From positions 45 through 64,044 of the forward strand of contig JAFUEE010000163.1 in the NCBI GenBank assembly GCA_017464085.1: a stretch of DNA of 64,000 nucleotides, given 5' to 3'. A model generated the notes under the pieces. That model was not told the origin of the DNA, made no database searches, and saw nothing but the letters and a program-made list of their open reading frames with translations. Below are positions 37,342 to 46,769 of this stretch, piece after piece. A program made the translations under genes and the position numbers. Position 1 is the first letter of the stretch. Each line of letters opens with the position of its first letter. This stretch comes from Pseudomonadota bacterium (GTDB lineage: Bacteria; Myxococcota_A; Bradymonadia; UBA4248).

Positions 37342-39537
37342 TCAGGCAGCTGAAAATGTCGCGATGACGATGCTTGTCGGCCAGTCGCATGTCTGACCGC
37401 GCAGATTTATCTGTGCCCATTGCGTGATTGACTCGCACGATTCACGTGACAGATACTGTCCAAGACGGTCGATATAGCTCGGCGTTTCGGCATTGTGGCT
37501 GAACCAGTAAGTGAAAATGGATGGCGTGATTGTCATGCGTCCCGAAAGGTCGAGCTTGCGTATATGCATGTGCATGTCGGATTCTCGGCAGGCCTGTTCG
37601 AGAACCTGCAATGAGAAAATGCGTTCGTGGTCTTGGCTCAGGAGCGTCTCTTCAGCATTTTTCCATGCCGTGACGAGATGCTGGTCGAGTTTTCCTGTGG
37701 GATCGGCCAGGCTGTATATGCGTGGCATTTCAGAGGGCAGCGTGTTCGCGAACGCGATCTTTCCTGTGGGAGATAGGCGAGCCTGTGCGGCGCGCAGTAA
37801 CTCGCCCAGGTCATGGCAGGTGTGCATGAAATTGCGCCCGATGATCGCATCGAATTCGATGTCACCGAACGCGTTGAGCGCATCCGGGGTGATATCGTCC
37901 ACGCGCGCGATTGCGGCGCGTTCGAGTTCAGGACGTTTTGATATGAGTGCTTCAAAGCTGTCTGCCATTGCGGACGGTGTGATGACGGAGAACACGCCGC
38001 CATCCGGACATCTTCTGAGTGCTTCGAATGAAAGCAGTCCGGAGGCTGCATTCAGGTCGAGGATGCGTGCGTTCGGTTGTGGGGAGACGAAGTCGAAGAG
38101 CTCGTTCCGGACGAGGTCGGCGCGCGCGGCTGCGCCGTCAAATGTCCTTCCGATCCATTTTTCTTCGGATGTCGATCGTGCGTCGAGTTCTCTCCGCTCT
38201 TCAAACAGCGCGAGCTGAGCCTCGCGGTTCCGCGAGACTTTTGCGGCAATGGTTGCCTCATACCCGATGTCTGTCGGATGATAGAATATACGTCCCTGAA
38301 GGCCGTCAGGGAGGTATTGCTGTGCGACCCAGTGGTCGCGGTAGGCATGCGGATAGAGATAGCCCTGCCCGTGCCCGAGTCCGTCCTTGTCGCGCGAGGC
38401 ATCCTTGAGCGGGTCAGGGATGTCATAAGAAGCTTCTTTCTGGACGACAGAGAGCGCGTCAAAAAAGGCCATTGCGGAGTTCGATTTGGGCGCGGTGGAG
38501 AGATAGATCGTGGCATGCGCGAGGTGGTAACGGCCTTCGGGCAGCCCGATGCGATCAAACGCCTGAGCGCAGGATTCCACGACGGAAACGGCATGTGGGT
38601 CTGCCATGCCGATATCTTCGCACGCGCTGATGAGCAGCCTGCGGAAGATGAAGTTAGGGGATTCCCCGGCCTGTACCATTCTCGCGAGCCAGTAGAGCGC
38701 GGCATCCGGGTCGCTTCCACGGATGCTTTTGATAAAAGCGCTGATCGTGTCGAAGTGCGCGTCACCTTCTTTGTCATAGAGGACTGCGCGCTGCTGTATG
38801 GATTCCTCGGCGACAGCGAGCGTGATTTCGATCTGTCCGGAACTGTCGGGCTCCGTGGTGACGACTGCGAGCTCGAGGGCATTGAGCAGCGCGCGTGCAT
38901 CGCCGTTTGCGACATTGACAAGATGCGCCAGGGCTTCTTCTCGCATATTGATGTTGAGCAGCCCGAAGCCCCTGTCGGGATCGCTGAGTGCCTGGAGCGC
39001 GATTCCGCGCAGATCGGAAGTTCCGAGCGGCCTGAGCTGGAAGATTCTGGATCGGCTGACGAGCGCCTTGTTGACTTCGAAATACGGATTTTCAGTTGTG
39101 GCGCCGATCAGGGTGATCGTGCCATTTTCGACCCACGGGAGAAGCGCGTCCTGCTGGCTTTTGTTAAAGCGGTGCACTTCGTCGACGAACAGGATGCTCT
39201 TTCGGTTGACCAGAGAGAAGTTCTGTTTGGCGGAGTCGATGGCTTCGCGGATATCCTTGACGCCCGCGAGCACGGCGTTGAGCGACAGGAACTTGCATCG
39301 CGTTGTGTTTGCGATGATGCGCGCGAGCGTTGTTTTTCCCGTTCCGGGCGGGCCGTAAAAGATGACGCTTGAGAGCTGGTCGGCTTCGATTGCTCTGCGG
39401 AGCAGCCTGCCTTTCGCAAGTATGTGCGCCTGTCCCCAGAATTCGTCCAGCGAGCGTGGGCGCATTCTGGCTGCAAGGGGTTCATGGGGTCTGTCGGGGA
39501 CGGGCTTGGGGGCAGGGCGGTCAAAAAGGGAGGGCAT
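37342..39537 (-). CDS. rarA: Replication-associated recombination protein A (RarA/MgsA) fused to a C-terminal class I SAM-methyltransferase-like domain
   Basis: N-terminal roughly 440 aa = RarA (FYGPPGTGKTTLARIIA Walker A, ILFVDEVHRFNK Walker B, MgsA C-terminal helical domain). The C-terminal roughly 290 aa carries 'ARILDLNAASGLLS' (motif I-like), 'VFSVI' and 'FDAIIGRNF' (motif IV-like). Confidence 0.8.
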   Translation of the reverse strand: MPSLFDRPAPKPVPDRPHEPLAARMRPRSLDEFWGQAHILAKGRLLRRAIEADQLSSVIFYGPPGTGKTTLARIIANTTRCKFLSLNAVLAGVKDIREAIDSAKQNFSLVNRKSILFVDEVHRFNKSQQDALLPWVENGTITLIGATTENPYFEVNKALVSRSRIFQLRPLGTSDLRGIALQALSDPDRGFGLLNINMREEALAHLVNVANGDARALLNALELAVVTTEPDSSGQIEITLAVAEESIQQRAVLYDKEGDAHFDTISAFIKSIRGSDPDAALYWLARMVQAGESPNFIFRRLLISACEDIGMADPHAVSVVESCAQAFDRIGLPEGRYHLAHATIYLSTAPKSNSAMAFFDALSVVQKEASYDIPDPLKDASRDKDGLGHGQGYLYPHAYRDHWVAQQYLPDGLQGRIFYHPTDIGYEATIAAKVSRNREAQLALFEERRELDARSTSEEKWIGRTFDGAAARADLVRNELFDFVSPQPNARILDLNAASGLLSFEALRRCPDGGVFSVITPSAMADSFEALISKRPELERAAIARVDDITPDALNAFGDIEFDAIIGRNFMHTCHDLGELLRAAQARLSPTGKIAFANTLPSEMPRIYSLADPTGKLDQHLVTAWKNAEETLLSQDHERIFSLQVLEQACRESDMHMHIRKLDLSGRMTITPSIFTYWFSHNAETPSYIDRLGQYLSRESCESITQWAQINLRGQTCDWPTSIVIATFSAA

Positions 39538-39594
39538 GTCGTATCACGTCTTGTGAGCGATTGTGTTGGGTTGTCGTTGGCTTCGGCTATCGCG

Positions 39595-39621
39595 CTTAGG
39601 CGCGATACGCCTTCGCGCCGG
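39595..39621. repeat. REP-like palindrome
   Basis: GGCTATCGCGC-tta-GGCGCGATACGCC, between rarA and the PFOR-like gene. Confidence 0.6.
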
Positions 39622-39647
39622 CGCTTTTCTGGCGAATGCGCGCCGGC

Positions 39648-42600
39648 CTATTCGCAGTGTATGCATCCGGCCGGGCATGTGTCAGCCGCGTCGCGGCAGT
39701 CTTCTGGTGTCGCATCGTCTCTGAGGATTACAGCCTGGCCGTCGTCATTGAAGCCGAAAGTCCTGTCGTCCAGCGAGATGCATGCGCCGCATGAGAGGCA
39801 TTTTGCAGAGTCCAGCCAAGGGGCGCGAGGTTTGTCTTCAGCAGATGCTGCACGTGCATCTTGTGTCTGCGGGCTTTGCGTCGGCACGAGTGATTGATGC
39901 GTATCTTGAGCAGGTGTGGCCGTTATGGCGATCTGTGCGGGCGGTTCGCCTGCCAGCCCTTCGATATATGCAGATTCATCGCGAATGGCTTCGTTGAAAT
40001 CTGGCTCGGAAGCAGTAGGATGTCCGAGATGTGCGTGCAGAGAGCTGAGGCATTGCTCAAGGGTTTCGGCTGTTTTTCGGATGATTTCCTGAGACGCATC
40101 GTATTGCATGGAAGCCTGTTCGACAGCCTTCTGCGAGGCTTCGAGCTGCTTGAGATGGAGAGCGGTGCGGGCATCTTGCGCGAGCTGAAGCTGAGCTTTT
40201 GTGGAGAGCGAAAGTTCTCGCAGGGTCTTCCAACGCTGCATGCGGTCGATGCATGCATTGACGACATCGCGTGTCATGATGCATTTGCGGAGCGTGGAGT
40301 CGACGACGCCCCAGATGAACGGGATATGCGGCCTGTCGAAGGATGGGGATTTTAGAAATTCGCCGATCTCGACGAGTTCGTCATTCCATGCGTCATTTGG
40401 GAGGATACGGAAATACTGATGATATCCAGGTTCGAGCGCAAGCGCGTGCGCGTAGGTGAATGTTCCGGACATCTGCCTGATATTGCCGTCTGCATCGATA
40501 TAGGAGAACTGGCAGGTCGGCCAGACCTGGTCGATCTGCGGATTTTCGTCGACGTTGAAGCGTTCGACGCGAGTTTCTCCGATGCTCGGGTCATACTGGA
40601 ACATGGGAGCGGTGCGCGCGTAGTGCGCGGCTTCGAGCTGGACACGCGGCGGGAGTCGCCAGGACCATGTCGGACAAGCGACGACAGTGATTGCGGGGCG
40701 CAGCATTCGGTTCATGCGCGTGAGGGTTTTGACGAGATGTTCCGGACGCGCGAGCGATGACTGCGCGACGAATGCTTCGCGGAATGCCGTTGCGAGGTAG
40801 CTGAAGCCGGGGTCGTAGTTTGCGTGGTCTTTGCTGTTGCCTGTATTTTGCGAAGTTGATTCGAACGCGAGCACGACGATGGGCTTTCCTGCGCGGATGA
40901 TGCGCGAGAGCGGGGAGAGCTGCGCGTAGATCCGTTCTGTTGTTTCTGCGATGCAGAGAACGGGCAGCAGCCTGAGTTCGTCTTCAGACAGATCCTGCCA
41001 CGTGAATTGCTCGAGGATGTCTGCATGAAAGACCGGATCGTATGCATTGTCGATATCAAGTCTCGCCATGCGCATGGCTTTGAACGCCTCGACATGTTTC
41101 TGGCTGATTGCGTCGAAGAGTCCGGTCGCGACGGCGATGGGCTCTTCGTGGCAGATGCTTCGCACGCGGTCATAGGAGGTTTTGACCTGGACTTCTGGCG
41201 GATAGATAAAGATGAGGTCGTCTGAGGAGTCGAGGTGCTTGAGGAAGTTTTCGAGCGTGTCGAGGGATGCGGTCATTCTGCTGATGCGCTCGGGGTCGTG
41301 CTGGACGTGTCCTCTGTGCTGATGCGAGAGGTCTTTGGAGATTTCGTGGATGTCTAGCAGTCCATCGGCAGCATCCCCAAACGCATCTCTGAGCGCGTCT
41401 TCGGACATGCCGAACGGGCCGTATGCGTCGTCGAGCCTGAGTGATTCGCGCAGCTGCGTGATGAGTCCTCGTATTTCTGCGCGAACATCACGGATGCGGC
41501 TTCTCCGCGCAGCGCGTACTGCAAGGACATAAAGGTCGAGCAGGGTGTGCGTGTTGAGCCCGATAAGATAGCACTCATCGGGCAGGGCTGTGATGAATTC
41601 TCGGATGCTGCTTCGTATAGCAGGTGAAAATCCCGGATCGGCAGTCGTTGAAGCTGTCAAAGCCTCGTCGAGGAGTTTTCTTGCCGGGGTGATGAGCAGT
41701 GTGTCGTCGGAGATTTTTTCGGCATACGCGAGGAAGCTCGTCAGGCTTCGCTCTGCGGTGGAATCATCGGGGAGTGTTGAGAATTTTTGGCGGAGCGCTT
41801 CGTCGAGCCGGCTGGCCTGCAGTGAGGGATTGCCCGAGATGCGGGTCGCAAGCAGCGGGTAGTGATGTTCCTGATTGAGCGCTTCGAGGTAGGGATTGAG
41901 CGCAGCCGGACGGATGGAGAGACCTGGGAGCGGATGATGGTGCGCGTCTGAGGATTGGCCGCGCACGAAGAAATTACGTATGATTGTTCGCCATGTAGAG
42001 GCATCTGAACGGTTTTGTACGGCAGGCAGCATTCTGGGGAGCTTGATCTGCGGGGCGAAATAGGGGTCAAACCTGTCGGAATACTGAATGGAGCGGTCGA
42101 CTTCTCGAACTTCCTGCATGCCGGTCATAAGCCGTGCGTAAGCATCTTTTGATATGAGACGGTTCTGAAGTATCTCGTCAGAATTGATTTGTGCGCCAGT
42201 ATGTATCTGAATGAGTCTGAGAAGCGCGCCGTGGACGGCATAGCTGCCGTACCTGTCGATTGTGCTGTATTCGTCGATGAGCGCGCCCGCGAGCGAGTAA
42301 ATGCCGATCTGTTTTTTCTCGATGAAGGTCTGCATGGCGGGGCTGAAAAGCGGCCAGATGGAGGCTTCTTCGACGCTTCTCCCAAGGACGAGGACAATCG
42401 CGTGATCGGAGAGCGGCTGGAGTATATTTTCAATGTCAAGAAGGCCCGGATGCGAGAGGAAGAGCACGTCAATTGGCAAATTTTCGCGTTCAGAGTGTTC
42501 GACATGGACTTTTTCCAGCCCGAGCGCGCTGATCTGCGGGTGAGTGCATTTGACAGGAAATGCGGAGAGTCCGTTTGATTTTTCGAGGTATGATGCGAGA

Positions 42601-43586
42601 TCGAACAGCAGGCCTCGGCTCATCTGGCCGCCTGGCGCGGCGCCGATGACGAGCGGTCTGTCTTCTTTTGGGCTTGTGAACGTGATGGAATCCTCAACAG
42701 CTTGCGCGTCGATGCCGACAGTTTCTGCAATTGTCTCGATCGAGTCGTCAGACGGCATGCTGATATAGCGGAATGAGCGGTTTGAGAGCGCCTGCGCGAG
42801 AGGCGCATGAAAGTCTGACTGTTCGTATGTGTCAGTTTCATCGAGGATGAGGATTATCTTCTGATTTGCGAGGCAGTCCAGGACTGTTTTTTCAGGGAAG
42901 GGGCGCATGACTTTCGGACAGACATAGCTTGCGCAGAGGTTATGTTTTTCAAGCAAGCCTGTGAGCGCGCGGGCTTCATCGATGTATCGTCCTGAGGAGA
43001 GTATGCAGATGCCGTGGGGGCTGGCATGGCTGGCTTCAACGCTGGCGATGGGGAGGCCGAATCTGTTCTGGAAGCGCGTGAAGCTTTCCTCGATTGTCCT
43101 GAGTATCAGCGCATCATCGAGGATGTCTCGTGTTTTGGCGCCAATGGGGGAGATGGCGTCGAGCATTTCTCGGGAGATCATGCGAGCGCCTTCGAGGCGC
43201 GCGGCATGCCTGTCGTCGATGGTGCAGAGGCCTGGCAGACCGAGCCGTGCGGCGACATCATGGGCGATAAGGCAGTGATAGACTGCTTCCTGAGCGGAGG
43301 TCGCCTGAAGTTCGAAAGGCAGGCGGATTCTGAGCGGATCGGCGCATTTGCGTTCCCTGTGGCAGACGAGCGTGGAAGGCATGGAAGGCAGCGTGAGATC
43401 TGGATTATTCTTGTCGCTGAAAAGCGCGGCGGCGCGCTGGTTGAGCAGTGCAAAACCTTCGGCTTCGGCGATTGAAAATCTGGCGCCGGAGCGGCAGATC
43501 AGCGCTTCGGAGATGTTGATGTGCCTGCGCGTAGCGCGGACTAGCCATTTGTCGAGCAGTTCGAATGATTCCATGACGAAACGCAC
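39648..43586 (-). CDS. Highly divergent pyruvate:ferredoxin oxidoreductase (PFOR/NifJ)-like protein with a C-terminal single-cluster ferredoxin domain
   Basis: 1312 aa. A PFOR domain II / transketolase-C-like block (GICILSSGRYIDEARALTGLLEKHNLCASYVCPKVMRPFPE...ILILDETD). A POR domain III block (VIGAAPGGQMSRGLL...IDVLFLSHPGLL...AIVLVLGRS). A domain VI-like block (PIVVLAFESTSQNTGNSKDHANYDPG...RPAITVVACPTW) with no GDG TPP/Mg motif. A C-terminal CLSCGACI...CPAGCIHCE 4Fe-4S motif. Confidence 0.45.
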   Translation of the reverse strand: MRFVMESFELLDKWLVRATRRHINISEALICRSGARFSIAEAEGFALLNQRAAALFSDKNNPDLTLPSMPSTLVCHRERKCADPLRIRLPFELQATSAQEAVYHCLIAHDVAARLGLPGLCTIDDRHAARLEGARMISREMLDAISPIGAKTRDILDDALILRTIEESFTRFQNRFGLPIASVEASHASPHGICILSSGRYIDEARALTGLLEKHNLCASYVCPKVMRPFPEKTVLDCLANQKIILILDETDTYEQSDFHAPLAQALSNRSFRYISMPSDDSIETIAETVGIDAQAVEDSITFTSPKEDRPLVIGAAPGGQMSRGLLFDLASYLEKSNGLSAFPVKCTHPQISALGLEKVHVEHSERENLPIDVLFLSHPGLLDIENILQPLSDHAIVLVLGRSVEEASIWPLFSPAMQTFIEKKQIGIYSLAGALIDEYSTIDRYGSYAVHGALLRLIQIHTGAQINSDEILQNRLISKDAYARLMTGMQEVREVDRSIQYSDRFDPYFAPQIKLPRMLPAVQNRSDASTWRTIIRNFFVRGQSSDAHHHPLPGLSIRPAALNPYLEALNQEHHYPLLATRISGNPSLQASRLDEALRQKFSTLPDDSTAERSLTSFLAYAEKISDDTLLITPARKLLDEALTASTTADPGFSPAIRSSIREFITALPDECYLIGLNTHTLLDLYVLAVRAARRSRIRDVRAEIRGLITQLRESLRLDDAYGPFGMSEDALRDAFGDAADGLLDIHEISKDLSHQHRGHVQHDPERISRMTASLDTLENFLKHLDSSDDLIFIYPPEVQVKTSYDRVRSICHEEPIAVATGLFDAISQKHVEAFKAMRMARLDIDNAYDPVFHADILEQFTWQDLSEDELRLLPVLCIAETTERIYAQLSPLSRIIRAGKPIVVLAFESTSQNTGNSKDHANYDPGFSYLATAFREAFVAQSSLARPEHLVKTLTRMNRMLRPAITVVACPTWSWRLPPRVQLEAAHYARTAPMFQYDPSIGETRVERFNVDENPQIDQVWPTCQFSYIDADGNIRQMSGTFTYAHALALEPGYHQYFRILPNDAWNDELVEIGEFLKSPSFDRPHIPFIWGVVDSTLRKCIMTRDVVNACIDRMQRWKTLRELSLSTKAQLQLAQDARTALHLKQLEASQKAVEQASMQYDASQEIIRKTAETLEQCLSSLHAHLGHPTASEPDFNEAIRDESAYIEGLAGEPPAQIAITATPAQDTHQSLVPTQSPQTQDARAASAEDKPRAPWLDSAKCLSCGACISLDDRTFGFNDDGQAVILRDDATPEDCRDAADTCPAGCIHCE

Positions 43587-43871
43587 CTCCTGGATGATGC
43601 GGCAGGACCTGGCCGCAGGGTGTGAGGGGTTTAATCCTTTTAAAGAAGTGTGTGAACAGAAAAAAGCGCACTCAGAGACGCGGCAAAGGTGAGGAGCATG
43701 AGTGGCGAAACCGTGACTGATGACTGGGCATCTGTGTGCCCGTTGCGTGCAAGCGTGAGCGTGTGTCGTTTGTCGTATCTGGGTGATGTAAAAAAATCAC
43801 ATGTCGGAGGCTGCCGCGCTTGAGTGTAAGCGATGGCGCCGGCGTATTGAGCGCAGCGAGGAGCCGGCGCC

Positions 43872-43905
43872 CGCGCGCGTATCGCCATGGGGCGATAGCG
43901 CGCGG
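43872..43905. repeat. REP-like palindrome (inverted orientation)
   Basis: CGCGCGCGTATCGCC-atgg-GGCGATAGCGCGCGG, in the 640-bp ORF-free region upstream of the kinase gene. Confidence 0.6.
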
Positions 43906-44230
43906 ATAAGGAAATGAATGCAGATGCGTATGAGAAACAGATGCGGAAAAAAAGATCGTCAGGCAAATGTCAGAAAAAGTAAGATTTTGGTGCTTAGATG
44001 TCTGATGTGGCATGAAATGTGCTTGGAAATATCGTTTGGTGTGCGGAAATTGCCGCATTTCGTGTTTCAAATTTGTCCCATTATGCCTCGTATGCGTGAG
44101 TTTGCGATTAGAAGTGGAAAATGCATGCGAGATAAGTTACAAAGCAGACGGTTATGTGTCTTTGTGATGCTGAATCGTTATAGAGCGCATGTTATGGCTT
44201 TCTGACGGCGCGTGATGCAGGTAGTTTTGG

Positions 44231-46234
44231 ATGTTTCAACGATATGGGCAGTTTCCTGGCTATACGATTCAGGAAAGGGTTGATTCGCCGCGATATTACG
44301 AGCGATTTTTGGCGACAGAGAATTCAGATCCCCGCAATTGGTGCATGATCAGGTGTTTGAACAAGGAACTTGCGGGAACAGCGGAGCTTCGCCTGTGCTA
44401 CCAGGATGCGTGCCGTCACTATGCTCACTTTCATCTGGATGGATTGGTGCCGGTCCGCGAGATGGGTATGAGCCGGACGCACGGTTTTTATATCGCGTAT
44501 GCGTATGATTTCAGCTATCTGTCGCTTGGGGAGATATCAGCGCTGTTTCAGCGAGATGAGATTCGCGTGAATCCGGCATTTATGATGAGCGTTCTTCTGG
44601 ATGCGGTGCGAATTTTGGAGACTGCGCATGCGAACAGGCTCGATCATTTTGGCGTGCTTCCGCCCGACATCATTGTGTCGCCGAATGGCGAGGTGTATGT
44701 GAAGGGCTTTGTGGAAGTGGCGATGCGCCGTCGGTATCATTTTGAGACGGAGATGCTGGAGAAATTTGAAGCGCCCGAATGGCGTCGTCACGAGACGGTG
44801 GGTGTTGAGAGCGATGTGTATGCGATCTCATCATTTTTGTATCAGAGCCTGACGAACGAGCTTCAGCCTGACGAATGGGAGCCGCGCTGGATGGGCATGA
44901 TGGATGTGCTGAACCGATCCGGTGTGCCCGGGGAAGCCTTGAGCGCGATGATGTCGTTTTTCCAGCACACGCTTGCGGAGCGCCCGCAGCAGAGGCTTTC
45001 GAGTTATGGTCAGCTCGCGCAGTCTCTGGAGCGTCTTGTCGGGGAGTTTGGCGGTTATCAGCCGCGTGAGGTGCGCGCGGAGGTTCTTGATGGGCATTTT
45101 GATGATTTTCCGCCGCGCATGCGCGCTGACAGCTGCGAGTTCCGCAGCGATGTGATCAACCTGATTACCGGGGAGTTGCCGACGATCTCGGCGGAGATTC
45201 CGGAGCCCAGCGAGGAACATGCGGTGCTGACTGGCCTGACGGGCATGCAGCGCCGGGAGGCGCCGCCGGAGTCTTCAGGCGGCAGCGGCGGGGATATCAG
45301 TTTTGAAGAGACGCTCACGTCTTCGCCGATCATGGAGGGGATCGAGACGCGCGTGCTTCACCGGAGCTCGAACAGTTTCCGGACGATCAATCCGAATTTG
45401 CGCGCGTCGATTCATGCATCGCCGCTGGAAGTCCTGGCGCGTTCGCGCTATCAGATTCTGGACGAGCTTGGATCGGGTGGGACTGGGACGGTGTACAAGG
45501 TGCTCGACACGACGCTGACGGAAGTGCTCGCGCTCAAGGTGCTCAAGCCGGAACTGGTGTCGGACGCGGCATGGCTGCAGAGGTTCAAGCGCGAGCTGAA
45601 GATCACGCGCGACCTGGAGCATGCGTATATTCTTCCCGCATACCACCTGGAACAGCTCGAAGGCTTGTATTTCTTCACGATGCGCTATATCGACGGGAAG
45701 AATCTGAGCGAGCATCTGCATGAATCGTCGCTTCCGCTGATGATGAGCATGCGGATACTGACGCAGGTCGCGGAGGCGCTTGTCGCGGCGCACGACCGAG
45801 GTGTGATCCATCGCGATCTCAAGCCTGCCAACATCATGGTGGAAACGGGGACATATCATCCATATCTGATGGATTTCGGCATCGCGAGCACGCTGGACAT
45901 GCCTTCGCTCACGATCGAGGGCCAGGGCATCGGCACGCCGTACTATATGGCGCCGGAGCAGTCGCGCGGGGAGCAGATCACGATTCAGGCGGATGTCTAT
46001 TCGTTCGGCGTGGTGTGCTATGAGTGTTTCACTCAGAAGCTTCCTTTTACAGGATCGACGGCTGTGGCGATTTATACGGCGCAGCAGTCTGGGATATTTG
46101 AGCCGATCCGGAACCTGAATCCGATGGTCCCGCCCTCGATTGCGAAGGTGGTGGAGAGCTGTCTTGCGCCGCAGGCGCAGAACAGGCCGGCCTCGATGCG
46201 CGTGGTTCTGGATGGCCTTGGACGAATGGGATAA
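44231..46234 (+). CDS. Ser/Thr protein kinase with an N-terminal degenerate kinase-like (pseudokinase) domain
   Basis: The C-terminal domain has GSGGTGTVYKV (Gly loop), ALKVLK (VAIK), HRDLKPANIMV, DFGIA and APE. The N-terminal roughly 330 aa is kinase-like (..GVLPPDIIVSPNGEVYVKGF..) but lacks the canonical catalytic motifs. Confidence 0.8.
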   Translation: MFQRYGQFPGYTIQERVDSPRYYERFLATENSDPRNWCMIRCLNKELAGTAELRLCYQDACRHYAHFHLDGLVPVREMGMSRTHGFYIAYAYDFSYLSLGEISALFQRDEIRVNPAFMMSVLLDAVRILETAHANRLDHFGVLPPDIIVSPNGEVYVKGFVEVAMRRRYHFETEMLEKFEAPEWRRHETVGVESDVYAISSFLYQSLTNELQPDEWEPRWMGMMDVLNRSGVPGEALSAMMSFFQHTLAERPQQRLSSYGQLAQSLERLVGEFGGYQPREVRAEVLDGHFDDFPPRMRADSCEFRSDVINLITGELPTISAEIPEPSEEHAVLTGLTGMQRREAPPESSGGSGGDISFEETLTSSPIMEGIETRVLHRSSNSFRTINPNLRASIHASPLEVLARSRYQILDELGSGGTGTVYKVLDTTLTEVLALKVLKPELVSDAAWLQRFKRELKITRDLEHAYILPAYHLEQLEGLYFFTMRYIDGKNLSEHLHESSLPLMMSMRILTQVAEALVAAHDRGVIHRDLKPANIMVETGTYHPYLMDFGIASTLDMPSLTIEGQGIGTPYYMAPEQSRGEQITIQADVYSFGVVCYECFTQKLPFTGSTAVAIYTAQQSGIFEPIRNLNPMVPPSIAKVVESCLAPQAQNRPASMRVVLDGLGRMG

Positions 46235-46237
46235 GTG

Positions 46238-46768
46238 ATGTCAAAACCGAGCGTGATATGTATCGATCTGGACGGTGTCCTTGTGGACATGCATTGGGGG
46301 CTTGTGCGCCTGTTTGGGGATGATCCCGATAAGTACACGGAGACGCAGTGGGCGGAAGTCGGCGAATGGGGGCTTTCGATTCCGAAGGGGGATTTCTGGG
46401 GGAAAGTCCGAAGCCAGGGCATCCAGTGGTGGCTCAACCTTCCGAAGCTTCCGTGGACGGATGAGCTCTGGGCGGCAGCCCAGGCGACGGGCGCGACATG
46501 CGTGGTGCTGACGACCCCCGCGCCGTTTCCCGAGTCCTCGTATGGCAAATGGCAGTGGGTGAATGAGAACCTTCACACGCAGAACATATTGATCGGCAGG
46601 CCGAAGGAAATCTGCGCGCAGCCGGGGACATGGCTGATCGATGACCGCGCTGGGTATGGCCCGCGCTGGGAAGGCCGGGGCGGCCGGCTGTTGTCTTTGA
46701 AACGTCCGTGGAACAAGGACGGTCTGTCGATTGGGGAAATATTGAAGATTTTGAAGGAGGCCTGTTGA
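46238..46768 (+). CDS. HAD-superfamily 5'(3')-deoxyribonucleotidase-like protein (NT5C family)
   Basis: ICIDLDGVLVD DxDG(T/V) motif at the N-terminus, size about 176 aa. It starts 3 nt after the kinase stop. Confidence 0.55.
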   Translation: MSKPSVICIDLDGVLVDMHWGLVRLFGDDPDKYTETQWAEVGEWGLSIPKGDFWGKVRSQGIQWWLNLPKLPWTDELWAAAQATGATCVVLTTPAPFPESSYGKWQWVNENLHTQNILIGRPKEICAQPGTWLIDDRAGYGPRWEGRGGRLLSLKRPWNKDGLSIGEILKILKEAC

Positions 46769-46769
46769 T

